A DNA stretch of 64,000 nt. Source: Octopus vulgaris (lineage: Eukaryota). The position numbers were made by a program, and so were the translations under genes. Of the stretch, positions 27,345-40,519 are shown piece by piece. Position 1 is the stretch's first letter, and each line of letters begins with the position of its first letter. The stretch is taken from assembly GCA_951406725.2 (NCBI GenBank), contig OX597825.1, positions 48,856,001-48,920,000 on the forward strand, given 5' to 3'. The notes beneath the pieces were generated by a model. The model did not search any database. It was given only the letters and a program-made list of their open reading frames with translations, and was not told the origin of the DNA.

Positions 27345-27975
27345 ATAATAACAATTCCTTTGTTGGCCACATGGGCTCACATAGAACACACAGGGACGCA
27401 AATGCAAAGGTACAAACGGAGGCCTTAAACGTGTAAACATATAAACCAATAACAAAAATGAACAGTAAAATTAACCAAGTACAATTCCTCAATAGGTGGG
27501 GACCTTCAAGAGAAAACTGTGCAAACCACACAGAAAATCCCGGCAAGTGCTTCCCCTCTCGCTTACTTCACTCAGAAGATCATGCTCAGTGCAAGCCCGT
27601 TCACGCGATCCGTGCTCACCAATCTCATCCACATTTCAATAAATTTGCTAGAAGGAAGCACCTCCCTCTCCACTCTGATCCAACTCTTCAAGTGGGACCT
27701 GAAAAAGTTGTTCAGAGATTCGCCAGAGAGGAAAGTGCCCGTCTTCAGTGCTTTCAATCTTGTCCACCACTCAAACATTTTCGCCATGGCCAAGAGGTAG
27801 ATGGAAACTGCCCTTCTTTCCCGATCAAAGGAAAGAGGCGGAGCAGTCTTAACAATAGACTCGGTTGATAGCCGGATTCGTGCCTCACGCGACAGCAAGT
27901 GCTCGACAGAAATTGTCGCACAGAACGGTTTCATCGCTCTACACACATCTCGGGTAGCTCCGACTGGCGGCACTT
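27345..27975 (-). mobile_element. Tx1-like LINE 3' fragment (second subfamily)
   Basis: ORF 27572..27973 (VEHLLSREARIRLSTESIVKTAPP..AKMFEWWTRLK..FFRSHLK) aligns with ORF 684..989. The 3' end is GCCCATGTGGCCAACAAAGGAA followed by (TTA). Confidence 0.85.
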
Positions 27976-29721
27976 ACGTGTCTGTGGAGTTTAAAGACGG
28001 AACTATAGCTATTGTTTATAATTTGGAAGCAACTATATGATTAGTATTAACAATTATAAAAGAATTTCATCCACTATAGAAATAGAGTGAAACTGATCCG
28101 AAAACGGTAGAATGTTGCAGTGATTTCGATCTTTTCTGAGGGTTTGTGATATTCCTGTATCCTTTCATACTTTCATGTTATTACAGGTAAAAGATAAGTG
28201 ATATAGATTCTTAGCAGAAACCCCGTTAACCTCTAATTTTCACAAAATTATATATTCGTTGATGATATCTATAGGAAAGTAATGAATATCTTCGTGTAAG
28301 GAAATGTATTTAGAAAGGAGAATTGAAACTGAAGTCTAGAAACCAAACTTAAGCAAAGAACGTCTTCAACAAAACGTCAATATTAAGACGCATTAGAAAT
28401 TTCACGGTAATGTATCACTCAATTTTACAAACCTATTCTTTATTGATGCTGATATATACATTGTCATTCGTTTTGTCTAATGTCTAATTCATTATTTCAA
28501 TATTCTGTTGGGAATTCTCTTTATTCGGGGCTCTAATATAAACTGTGTGCTGCTTCATTATGTCAGCAACTTTATCTGTAATTCAATAATGAAAACGGAT
28601 ACGACACAGATTTACAATGAAACGTAAAGTTTTAATGGACACTTCTAGGAATGTTCAATTTTCCTTTTAACAAAATTGTCCGTCACTGATAAATATCTTC
28701 TTCGTGATGACTAGATAATACGTGTAATTGATCCTAATAACAATAAGAAAATTGGTTGATTAAATTATTGATGTGACTTGTAGCATTGCAGGCAGTCTGT
28801 TTACGATTGCCACTGAAATATATCTTAACGCATCATAAACCAAAAGTTATTAAGCATCCTGCGTTAACTCGGAATTTATTTTGATGAAGCTAAGTAGAAG
28901 AATTCCATAGTATTTACTAATGGTGTGCCTTTTCCGTAAAAATATGAAACGTAATGAAGCAAATATATATACCATAATCTCTACGTCAAATTGTAAATTG
29001 TACATGCATGTGAAATGTATATCAGCATATATATTGTAGACCACAGGGATAGAATTTATAGAGATTTATAGAATGACGTATGTGACCAACATAACTATTG
29101 GTTCATAAAAAATGTTTGAATTGACTCACAAATGTGTCAAACATAACAGAAAAAAATAATCTTTGCTGGCAATAGCAAATATTTTTGAAATTCAAGAGAA
29201 AGGATGCAGTGTTATGTTCTAATTTTATTTCAGACCAAATTGGTTATCAATCATCCAAGAGATAGCTTTTACTTATGCGAGAGAGATTAAGGTATTGGTC
29301 TGTAGTTGACAGATACAGATTTCAAGATTAAGGTTTTAAATAACATGCCGTGCAAGACAGGTTCAAGTGTCCTCTCTGATATCGTCAACATATCGAGATG
29401 ACAGTAGAGAATTGGGTGAAAGGCACAAATCATCCACACATCTATTTACATGAAAAATAAAACTAATGGGTGTAACTGTATCTTGATATATGGATTCCTC
29501 AAAGCTAACAGAATCTTTTTATCGTTGAGCTTAGTGTTATCGTGTGAATAATTCATTTATATTACAAACATCGTTAATTGGATTCTATCATTACTATTCT
29601 TATCGATACTACTTATAGCTATTGATTGTCTTGCTTGCTCCAATGTTCCTTCTAAAAATGGGAATAGATATAAATTGACAATCATGTTCGAATCATTAAA
29701 AAAATCAAGATAAATATGCCA

Positions 29722-29918
29722 TTTGCTATCACTGACTAAAAATTACCAAAATAATCTATTTTCTCTGCTTGAACAGTTTGATAGTTTGAAGTCGCCCGCA
29801 TCCAGTATTTGGGCGAAAACAAAACTGTCATCATCTAATTAAAATAAGTTCAAATTAATTTCCGTTTTAGTTATGATGTATTTACTCATCTAAGTGTACA
29901 CTATGGGCTGTATTGCAT
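29722..29918 (+). repeat. ~200-bp segment duplicated at 32748-32956
   Basis: Near-identical direct copy, with a few substitutions and one 12-bp indel. Confidence 0.95.
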
Positions 29919-31119
29919 CGATACTAGGGTCATAATTATGGGTGGACACTAAAGAGGGAACGGTTTTGTTATCCAGCTCTGTTTACGAGTGACCCCTCAG
30001 TTTATGGCCACAGGGTACCGCCAGAAAATGTTGTTGACAAAATACGGCAGAAATTGTATTCACCTCAATAGACGTCATTGATTGTTTGAAATTGCCGAAA
30101 TGCAAGAAATTAAACAACAAATAGCTTACAAACTACAGAACTTTCTCTAGAAAGCCAAGAGAAAAATATGTTTTATGTAACACACTACCAGTATACGAAG
30201 TCAAAGCGAAAAGATCCGAGATACGTGCTCAGACAAGTTTTTATAACATGCCTCGTGTCTCCAGGCAATATACAGGCTCTGAGCACAGATCTATTCTATC
30301 TGAAATTCAGCACGCTGGTACCTGAGAAGTCACGGGTAGAAACGAGAAGATAGTTGATATGGTTGATTAAAAAAGTGTAAGTGTGAATAAAAACGGAAAA
30401 AAGGGAATAAAAGAAATGAAAATTAGATTTGCATCAATTTTCATGGTAAAAAGGCATAATTAAACTAGTTGTTGTAGAATAATTCAACGAAGAAGAGTCT
30501 AAAGTGTTCGAGACAGCCGCTCAATCCGGAGAGGTTGGTGTCTTCCAGTTCACCGAAAGAAATTTGTTTATATGCTTGCATTTGCTGAAAGTATCGTATC
30601 TGGTGGAATTTTAAGACCTAAAAAGAATGTGCGAATTTTCAGCTGCGCATAAGTTGATTTCTTAGATCAATTTACATATGGCATGGGTTTCTCTACGATT
30701 CTCCACTTGTGATGTCAGCTAGTCTTCAAAAGTCATGCGTAGTTAGCTAAGTCACATGTTTTACATTTATCGATATGCTGGAAAAAATTAAGTGGTTTCC
30801 ATAAAGTCTTTTGAAATCGCCTTCGGAAAACCGTTGTGATTTTCCTTTTCATTTATGGTACCTTGAAGAGTTACTATGACTTCTACATCATAGACGACAG
30901 AGTTTATCATAGACGCCTGATGAAGTGCGCAGCGTCAGGGTCTCGAGAGATACAACAGTGAGTGAGCTCTCGTTGATGATTATGATAACTTAATCGAGCA
31001 TCTGTCCCATCCCACGATATTGACCTATACCGGTATGATGGGTTGGAAATACCTTATATTTTGATAAATTTAGAAAAAATTTCATTGATACCTTTTGTCA
31101 TTTAGGCTTCAAAATAGCT

Positions 31120-31500
31120 GTTATTAATCTGTCAAAAGTCGACTTTTTAGATGTTTCCCTGGATCTAAACTCCCACTCTTACATACCGTGCCATAAACAA
31201 AATGAGAAATCCTCCTATATAGAAAAACATCTGTTTATCCCTATAGTGTTTAAAAACTTGAAAGCTAACATCAGTAATCTCCCATCTGCTAAAGAAGTAT
31301 TTGATAAGGCAACCACCCACCATAACAATGCCCAAGTAAACAACGGCTTCAAAGATAAGAAATTGATTCAACCGTTCAAGTGAAAATATAAATCATAAAA
31401 ATAGACCTAGGTAAATTATGTTTCGTAAAATGTAAAAATTACAACTAACGTAGGTAAGAAATTCTTGATTCTTTTGCATAATCATTTCTCAGAAGACTAG
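31120..31500 (+). mobile_element. Penelope-like RT thumb fragment (degenerate)
   Basis: KVDFLDVSLDLNSHSYIPCHKQNE..YI; EVFDKATTHHNNA; TTNVGKKFLILLHNHF. These parallel 59.5-60.4 kb. Confidence 0.6.
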
Positions 31501-31928
31501 AAAAAGTCTTTGACGTTTCGACAGGAAGGCTTGAGAGGGAAAATAACGGAGAGCGGATGAAATGGCCGGTAGAAAGATACGATATTTGTATCAGTTACAG
31601 AGTTGTAAAAATCGACACCGCTTAGCAAAAACGATTTCACATATATATATTCGAAAATTGTCGATTTTTACGATTCTGTAAATGATGATAACAATATTTA
31701 ATAAGTTTAAAGCTTATAAGTAATAACCGTGTAATGACTAAGAAGATAATCTAATACTGGGGTATATAAGCCCTCGACGGAAAAAAGTAAGGTTTTCGTA
31801 CGTATTTCAAACAAAGAGCTGTGGGTTCGTGACCCTTGCGTGCAGAAATCCTACTTTTTTTCGTCGATGGCATTTATGCCCCTATATTTCCTTTAGTCAT
31901 TATACGGTGATCGCATATAGACCTCAAT

Positions 31929-31986
<58 letters not shown>

Positions 31987-32515
31987 CGTAGTTGAGGAAA
32001 CATTTCTGCTTTCTCAGTAATTAAAATCAATATGTATCCATTATTACTGTTGTATATAATCAAAACATAATTCATCAAATGTCTATATAACGTAAATCCT
32101 TTTGATTCCCATTGCAAAAATGAAAAAAGCGTGATGGAGAATAAATAAACCCCAAACATCTCCATTTTCCTGACTTGTATAAATATCTTACACACAAACA
32201 CACACATACACACACACATATATATATATACACATATATATAGTCATAATGAGGATATTTCAAACTCTTACAGGACTATTTTATCCAAGATACACTGGTT
32301 TCATATATTATATTTTGAAGAGATATTTCTTCAATGAATATATTATATAAAACATTGTAAAATATAAAATATTATCGAGTTAGAAAACAGATATATTTAA
32401 TGGATACAAATTAATTTATTAATTATTTGCCTTATCCACCTACAATTGCTTTATTTCACAAACGAAATTAAAATTACAAAACATATAAATATATAATTTT
32501 GCATTTAAAATACCT

Positions 32516-32745
32516 ATTTCTTTATTACCCACAAGGAGTTAAACATAGAGGGGACAAACAAGCACAGACATAGGTATTAAGTCAATTACATCGACCCCAG
32601 TGCATAACTGGTACTTAATTTATCGACCCCGAAAGGATGAAAGGCAAACTCCACCTCGGCGGAATTTGAACTCAGAACGTAACGGCAGACGAAATACGGC
32701 TACGCATCTTGCCCGGCGTGCTAAAGTTTCTGCCAGCTCGCCGCC
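32516..32745 (-). mobile_element. Full-length family-2 SINE (tail A)
   Basis: Same head, core and tail as 11532-11762. The 17-bp TSD TTGCATTTAAAATACCT is at 32499-32515 and 32951-32967. Confidence 0.92.
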
Positions 32746-33000
32746 TTTTTGCTATCACTGCTCAATAATTTGACTAAAAATTACCAAAATAATCTGTCTT
32801 CTCTGCTTGAACAGTTTGATAGTTTGAAGTAGCCCGCATCCAGTATTTGTGCGAAAACAAAACTGTCATCATCTAATTAAAATAAGTTCAAATTAATTTC
32901 CGTTTTAGTTATGATGTATTTACTCATCTAAGTGTACACTATGGGCTGTATTGCATTTAAAATACCTTGTATGGAATATCATCAGGGTGTACAAAGGATT

Positions 33001-33092
33001 ATAAGGATTACATTAGGATACGTTTAGTATACTGAGAATACATAGACTTACGTATTCTGAGCATTCCAAACGTATCCTAATGTAATCGTTAT
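33001..33092. repeat. Imperfect hairpin (~40-bp arms)
   Basis: GATTACATTAGGATACGTTT...GAATAC versus GTATTC...AAACGTATCCTAATGTAATC. Confidence 0.8.
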
Positions 33093-33523
33093 TGTTCTTT
33101 GTTGTTGTTTCTCCTTAAGCTTGTTCTGCAACATCAGTAGCAGCATGGAATTCTTTCCTTCTCTAGCTCTAATGAAATATTAGCTAAAAATTATAATTGA
33201 ATATCCTGACGGTTGAAAATTTGTATTTTGCAACTGAAGATGTCGCTGTATTTCAAATTGATGTAATGTGTGCATTGTTCGATTAAATGAAGCCGCATGA
33301 ATCGGCCGTGTTGCAGTAGTACCTTGCTTTTTATTCACCTTACTTTGAGTCTTGCAGATGATACCGGACTGGCTTGGTGCATCAAGTTAAATACATTATT
33401 CAACTGAATATTAATTATCTGTCTATCTATCTATCTATCTACTTATGTTTCTGTGCGCACACATGCACACGCACTCACTCTCGCACACACAGATACAAAC
33501 ACACATACTCATACACATATATA

Positions 33524-34793
33524 CGAGGGGCGTTCAATAAGTAATGCCCCTGACCCACTTCCCATAGCAGTAGAACAACGACACTTGGCACAGTTATTAG
33601 TCTTTTCCTACATAGGAACTACCCAGAGTTATGCATTTCTCCCATCGTTTGATACAGCTCTGGAGACCGTTTTTGTAGAAGACCCCAGCTTGGTCCTCCA
33701 ACCACGACGTGACTTCAGAAATCAAGGCTGCATCATGTGGGAAACGCTTTCCTTTCAAAATCAACTTCATGGCTGGGAAGAGGTGAAAATCAGAGGGTGC
33801 AAGGGGAGGAGTTCATAGCTGCACGCCTGTGCTTCTGATCTGGCGACACGCGAGTTGTGGACCGGAGCGTTGTCCTGTAGGAGGAGGATGCCTTTGCTGA
33901 TCTTGCCCCGCCTCTTGCTTTTGATAACTTCTCTTAATTTCCTCAAAAGTGAAGCATAATAGGCTCCTGTAATTGTGGTACCCTTTGCCAGGAAATCTGT
34001 CATCACTACTCCGTCCTGGTCCCAGAAGACTGTGAGCATAACCTTGTCAGCGGAGGGCTGCACCCTTGCCTTCTTTGGAGGAGGTGAGTCACGGTGCTTT
34101 CACTGCATTGACTGGGCTTTGGTCTATGGATCATAGTGATGGACCCAGGTTTTATCCTGTGTGATCAGTCTTTTGAAAAATTTTGACTCATCTTCTTGGC
34201 ACATCTTCAAATTCATCCTCGAGCACTCAACGCGTTCTTGCTTCTGGAAAGGTGTGAGCAACCTGGAAATTCATCTGGCAGACACCTTTTGCATATGCAA
34301 ATGGTCATGAATGATAGTTTCCACAGACCCGGTACTAATCTTGACCTCATGGGCTATTTGGCGAATAGTTATGCGTTGACCTTCCAAAATAGCAGCCTCA
34401 ACTTGAGGGACAGACGTCTCATCAACGGCAGAAGGGGGCGACCAGATCTGGGAGCTGTTTCCACAGAGTTCCGACTATGTTTGAATTCACAATGCCAGCG
34501 TTTTACAAGGTCATATGATGGGGCATCATCACCATAAGTTACTTTTATTTCATCAAAAGTCTCCTGTGGTGTGCGTCCTTTCAAATACAAAATTCAGATC
34601 ACTGCTCGACACTCAACAGGCTCCATTTCACACTTGACTCAGTTCAAACACCTGTAAATCAGAAACCACAATTAGTTCTGAGCTGTAATTCGTCACTTAC
34701 TCTATAGAGGTATAAATAAGTGCACATGCAAACTTTCAGCTAGATCAAACAACTGCAAGTGGGTCAGGGGCATTACTTATTGAACACCCCTCG
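33524..34793 (-). mobile_element. Full-length mariner (Tc1/mariner, DD34D type) element, ~1270 bp, inactive transposase
   Basis: ~37-bp TIRs CGAGGGG(C/T)GTTCAATAAGTAATGCCCCTGACCCACTT with TA TSDs. HTH (APSYDLVKRWHCEFK..RSGRP), ITQDKTWVHHYDP, QDNAPVH and LAPSDFHLFP are present, with frameshifts, stops and a deleted HPPYSPD. Confidence 0.95.
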
Positions 34794-36984
34794 TACATGT
34801 GTATATATGAGAACCAAACTTACTTCTGCCATCAGAGTAGAATGCATTATAGATAAAAGCTGCTTTCCTTAGGTGATTTAAAGAAGGGATCCAGTCTTTT
34901 CGGGACATTTTGATAAATTAATTTTAGTGAGATTATCGCTCTGGCTTTAAATCTTAAACACTATTACATGGAATTTTAGTGTATCATATTACTTGCAAAT
35001 AATTCTTCAGCTCAGAGTAGAAAACGAAACGTATTACCCACTTGAAACTGATACTGAATCTCAGAGAAATTAAAGTAACTGATGTGTGTTTTAGTCCGGC
35101 GCTGTACTCTTGGCCATAAACGGTTCTCAGTAATATAGGCAAGGAAAATGAGAAGTGAACTCATATTACAGTGGTAAATATATTATGATTGGAATAGTTT
35201 TGAAAAAAAAATATATCTTGATTTCTAAGATTACCAAAAGAGCTGTTGACTAGTACTTTATTTTGTCGACCGTTAAAAGATGAAATACAAACTATATCTT
35301 CTCAAGATTTGAACTGAGAAGTGAAAATTACTTTATAAACTTAGTTTAGATAAAATGTAATCTAGGTATGATGCCTTAAGAAGCTCCTGTCTTATCGCGT
35401 CTTATGACTAATTAAAAAATTGTTCAAAGAACCGGATAATTGTTGATTGCTTAATAGAGTCACAATGTTCTGTCAGTCGCAGGTTATAGAAAATAAATTG
35501 TATTTTTAATATTCCATTCAGTTATCAATAAATGGAGTCTTTGTGAAACTATAAAAGAAGAGATATCGTTGTTAGAAATTCCCAAGTAGAATAAAACAAC
35601 ATATTTTATACATATTAAAAAAATGCCAATTCAATTTAAAGAACAGTTTTTTTATATACGAATTTTACATTTAGAATGAATTTCAATATTGAAGTTGTAT
35701 TTTATTGATTTTTAATATCAGCAGAAAGAATCGACTAATAATAAAAAAAACCCCAGAAAGTTCAGCCGCTGGGATTTGAACTCGGAACGTCACTAAATGC
35801 TACATAAAACTTTGTTCAGCGTTCTAATGTTACTGGTAAGCACCAAGCTATGCTTCCATTTTATGTTCTTAATATTGTTCATCACATTTCCCAAAGAAAT
35901 CTTACATTCATTAGTATATTTTTACCTTTCGCTTTCTTGCATTTCGTTAGCTATTTATAGTTCGTACAGAAAATATTTTTTCTATAATATTCTGCTTTCT
36001 TTAGATTTCTTCATTAACTCTTTTGTGGAAAGTCTTCCATTATTTCAACATATAGCTGTACTTTGCGTTCGCCGTAAAATATTTTCAAACATCATTGACT
36101 GTTCCACACAAACTCATCAAAAAAGTTTTACTCTGTGTTTCAAGTTAAACTCTTGCAACCATATATTCATAATTAACTTTGTCATTTAATACTTATTTCA
36201 GACTTCCTCTCATCGCAATTAAAGCTATTTCACAAATGTTTAATGCTAGATTCTTCTATGTTAAATATAGAGAAATTTTTATATGTTTATATTACATATA
36301 GCAAAAATATTAAACCTCTGTCAGCTGTCTTTGAGTGATTGCTAAAATAAGCTTATTTTAGTTTCTGAAACGCATGTTTGGATACAATCAAGGATGCTAT
36401 TTGATTTATCTTGTTGTTTGTAAAAGTCCATATAATTTTCTTTACGAAACTGTCTCATTAACAAACTCATCAGAACACTTTTACTTTTAAACTGTTATCA
36501 ACATGTAAATGCTGTCTTAAAACTAATGTTTATTGCTTTCTGAAATCAATATGCTATCCAATTTATCAATAGTGTTTATGTTTTGCTTTTCAGTATATAT
36601 GGAATCACTTTTCCACAACTTATTCAAGTTTAATTTTAGTATCAAATATTTATGAAGTTTTCAAACTAGTCAGTTATTGATGTAATATATTTTGACATAA
36701 GGCAGACATGAATACTGACTATAGAAAATACATTCTTACAGTCTGCCAAGTAAGTAATACAACCTCTAAAGCTGTTCTGTCCATATAGAAAACAATATTT
36801 ATATCAATAAGGTTTAAATTTTAAAACAGTAAAAGTATTAAGAGCGGAAGAAATAAACAAAAGTCATCATTTACATGAAATATATTTTATTATGGTAAAA
36901 AAATATTTGCTCTGGTTTTTGACACCACGTCAGCATATTTTCCTATAGTGTATTGCACGGCCCAGGTTGCTTCTTTAGCTTTTA

Positions 36985-37298
36985 TTGTTTCAGTGATTAG
37001 AGAGCGATTATGGTATGGAAATACACTGAAGAAATTTTAGTCAAATGAATTGACCCCAGTACTTACTTTTTAAAGACAGCTATATATCCTATTGGCTTCT
37101 TTTGCCGAACCGCTAAGCGCATTATACATATATATGGTACAGTTCTTTCAGTTTCTGTCTACCAAATCCATTCACAAGACCTTGGTCGATATGAGGTTCT
37201 TGTAGAAGATACTTGCCCAAGCTGCAACACAGTGAGAATGACCCCTTAACAATATGGTTGGGAAGCAAACTTCTTATCACACATTCACACCAGTACCT
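36985..37298 (-). mobile_element. Diverged CORE-type SINE
   Basis: Reverse complement of the 5790 family (TTTCAGTTTCTGTCTACCAAATCC; ACTTGCCCAAG; TTTGCCGAACCGCTAAG). Confidence 0.75.
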
Positions 37299-37679
37299 AG
37301 CCCATATTGCAGGTTTTCAGAGTATTATTACCCAATGCTACAGAAGTACATCAGTATTGTTAACTGAGTCGATGACATTATTTGATATTGCATGTTGCTA
37401 TTTTGAGTGTGTTTATCTCATGGAGAGGATACCCATCAAAACAGAATAGCTACAATTTCGGAAGAAACAATGTATCATATTCTGGAATTGTTATCCTTGA
37501 ACTAATTATATAATCAGTATTTACTATGTATCTGGCATTGACTATATACGTAATATTCATCGTAACCTTATCAATAATTATAAAAAAAGGTTAATTTCAA
37601 GTCTATAGTTAGATCACAGCTTTGAATAAGTATTTAATAAAATTAATATCGACGGAGAAAACATTGGGCCTAAAACTAT

Positions 37680-38152
37680 GAAAATGCTTAAGGTCTTCAA
37701 ATTCCACCGAAGCCGATTTTGCATTTTATCCTTTCGGGATCGATGAAATCGACTTACTCCTCGAACAAGGGCAGAAATGATCTCTGTAATATATTTTCTA
37801 TTGCGGTAGCACTGATAAATTCTCATTAATGATTCACTTAGATGTGCATCCAAATAAATGCAGACATTATGATAAAAATAGATGCATGCTGGATGCGCAA
37901 TTGTTTCAAATGAATGTAGATTTACTATTATACGAAATAGGTTTGCTCGACAAATGCTGACCTAGGGAATAGTTTTGGAATAACACTTTGGTATAATTTC
38001 TGGAGAAGTTGTAAAGTTGAAATTTTAATGCTTATATTATATTATGTTTGTTTCAAATTTTAGCTCATTTACAGCAACGTCGATTTCATCGATCCCGAAA
38101 GGATAAAATGCAAAATCGGCTTCGGCGGAATTTGAAGACCTTAAGCATTTTC
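37680..38152. repeat. 74-bp inverted duplication of a diverged SINE piece (37680-37753 / 38079-38152)
   Basis: The arms are reverse complements with 1 mismatch and share non-consensus changes. Confidence 0.9.
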
Positions 38153-38559
38153 CCCAGCGCGCTAATGATGCTGCCAGCTTGCTGTTTTATTGTATTATAA
38201 TTACGCATGTTCTCTTTTATTTTTAACTATGTGAAGTCTTTCTGTAAGGAAAGAGCTGCTTTGTAAGTAACAAAAATAGAAATCCCTGTCGTTGAAAGAT
38301 AAATAAGAACAATGTTATTATTTCATCTTGAGAAAAGTCTTGTATATTTTAACAGTTCCACTTACAGATTGTATTTGTAATGTGTTTCAGCTGGCAGATA
38401 TCTTTTTCCGAAAATCATAACTTTTCAATGTTATCATCTAGACATTTACAAACAAAACCTAATGCATCAATTATCATCATTATAAATGTAAATTTTTAAT
38501 GGGTATTTAGAAGGTGAAGGTTTCGGTGAAGTTTAGGATTTGTTTTTTAATAGGATTTA

Positions 38560-39700
38560 TTTATCAAGGACAGTCCTTTTCTTTCAGATGGCATTGTATA
38601 TTGTTTTAGCGCTTGCGTCCTTTCGCATTAAAAGGTAGTACGTTGATGTATGAGCAGCTACTGAACAAATGTGAAATGTCTTCCATAGAAATAGGATATG
38701 ATCGAAATATTATGCCGGTATTGCGTCAACTGCAAGTCTTTGGGAAAATACCATGCATAATATTGTTTGTGAAACTGAACATTAAACATCCAGCCCGTCT
38801 TTGAAGTATGCTGCACGAACTGTTTTTGAGTAGTTCGTCAGAAAGAGAATACTCTTCAAAGAGCTCACTGTAGACACACAGGGTGTTATCCTCTTTGCTT
38901 TTCAGCACTAGCTTTTATAAGTTTATTTTTACTGTTGTTGTTTAGCAAGGTCTGTCAGAGAAAATGGATTATATGACATTTGGAGGCTGTCTACATTGAC
39001 CTTCAGCCTCAGCCTAGACTCTATCATTAGCACTGTTTTTGTAGTAATAGTTTCTAACTCATGTCAAGATATCGCGTGTTTCAATATCTATGGAGTGGAT
39101 TTCCTTTAGAGGACTGTCAAATATCCCAAATTTTTGTATCAGCACTGGCACTGCATGTGCGTTGTTGGATATTTTCTTGTTATAAAATGTAAGTTCTGAC
39201 TGCTATATTTTTCCAGGTCTTCTGTAATGTTCTCGGGTCACTCTCTCATTATTCATAACTCATTAACTTGATATATTTTCATCAATAACTAGGCATACTT
39301 TGTGCGGAAAGAGGCCGTTGATTCACAATTTCAGGGTTTGGAGAATTAATTTTCCCCATTCAAAAATCAATTACAAACACATTTTTGGGGAGCAAATTCC
39401 ATTCCCATGTCAGCTGAAAATGTTATCAATTCTAGCTTCTCTTGGTATTACATGTGGAGACAAAAATGTTTTAATAATTGTGACATTAAGCTTGATTCTT
39501 TCTTAAGGCAGATTTTCACCGGTTCTCAGTGTTTTGAGAAGATAGACCAGTCTCACAAGAGCTGGAATAGCAAGTGATATCTGTGGCAGCTATTATTTTC
39601 TTCAAACAAAGATGATTGTTGCCAAAGTTGTTTTGATGTAAAGTAGTTTACATTTGGGTGAGTTTCGCCACAGAAAAGTTGCAGCCGCTTAATATAGCCA
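38560..39700 (-). mobile_element. Degenerate RLE-type LINE, RT/thumb region
   Basis: TFSADMGMEFAPQKC; ERVTREHYRR..QSELTFYNKKISNNAHAVPVL; compare AFSDDIGMEFGLEKC and ELNARNKVLAIN..AVPV at 24 kb. Confidence 0.7.
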
Positions 39701-39993
39701 ATAAAAAAGATCATCATAGACTTTTTCATAGCACTAAAGTAGATCGTGATTTGAATATGAAGACCAAGTGAAGTAAGATGAGTATTTACATTGTCTTAAC
39801 AAAAATTGCAAGTGCGTCGATATCAGTGTTGTTAATATCAATATCAGCGATAATCGTACTAGTGAGACGCCATATTAGTGAACTGGTCGGAATAGCGCTA
39901 CGTTTGTGAGGGGTCGGCATATTTACAGAAGAAAACGTTAAAACAGTCATGTTAAATGCCCCTAGCGCCTGTACATCTAAAACTGATGGAATC

Positions 39994-40024
<31 letters not shown>

Positions 40025-40049
40025 TGTATGTATGTATGTACGTACGTAT

Positions 40050-40352
40050 TACGTAAGAGCATTACCTAGTGGTTAGATTGTTGTATTCACGATCGCAAGA
40101 TCGTGGGTTCAGTTCCTGGACAAGATGGCGCGTTATTATTTTGAGCAAAACACTTCATCGCATGTTGCTGTGTGATCATTTCGACAGTTGAATGTGGCAT
40201 ACTGTGCACCTGTTCAGGTAACGTTGACCTGATTGAATGAGTGAGCAAATATTCTACGCATAATATCGTTCACTATAGACAAATTATTTGTGCAGGTTGC
40301 TCAGCAAGAAATTGCAGTACCATCTTACTTCGACTGCGAGAGACTACCATCA
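40050..40352 (+). mobile_element. tRNA-derived SINE (family 3) within (TATG)n
   Basis: CCTAGTGGTTAG A-box, GGGTTCAGTTCC B-box, TTGAGCAAAACACTTCA body, (ATGT)n tail. Confidence 0.6.
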
Positions 40353-40519
40353 TGTATGTATGTATGTATGTATGTATGTATGTATGTATGTATGTATGTA
40401 TGTATGTATGTATGTATGTATATATGCATGCATATATGTATGTATGTATGTATGTATGTAAGTATGTATGAATGTATGTATGCATGCATGTATGTATCTA
40501 TGTGAGTATATATATGTAT

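Noticed and set aside
30916-30960. CTGATGA hammerhead-like heptamer
   Set aside because: No stem II plus GAAA follows.
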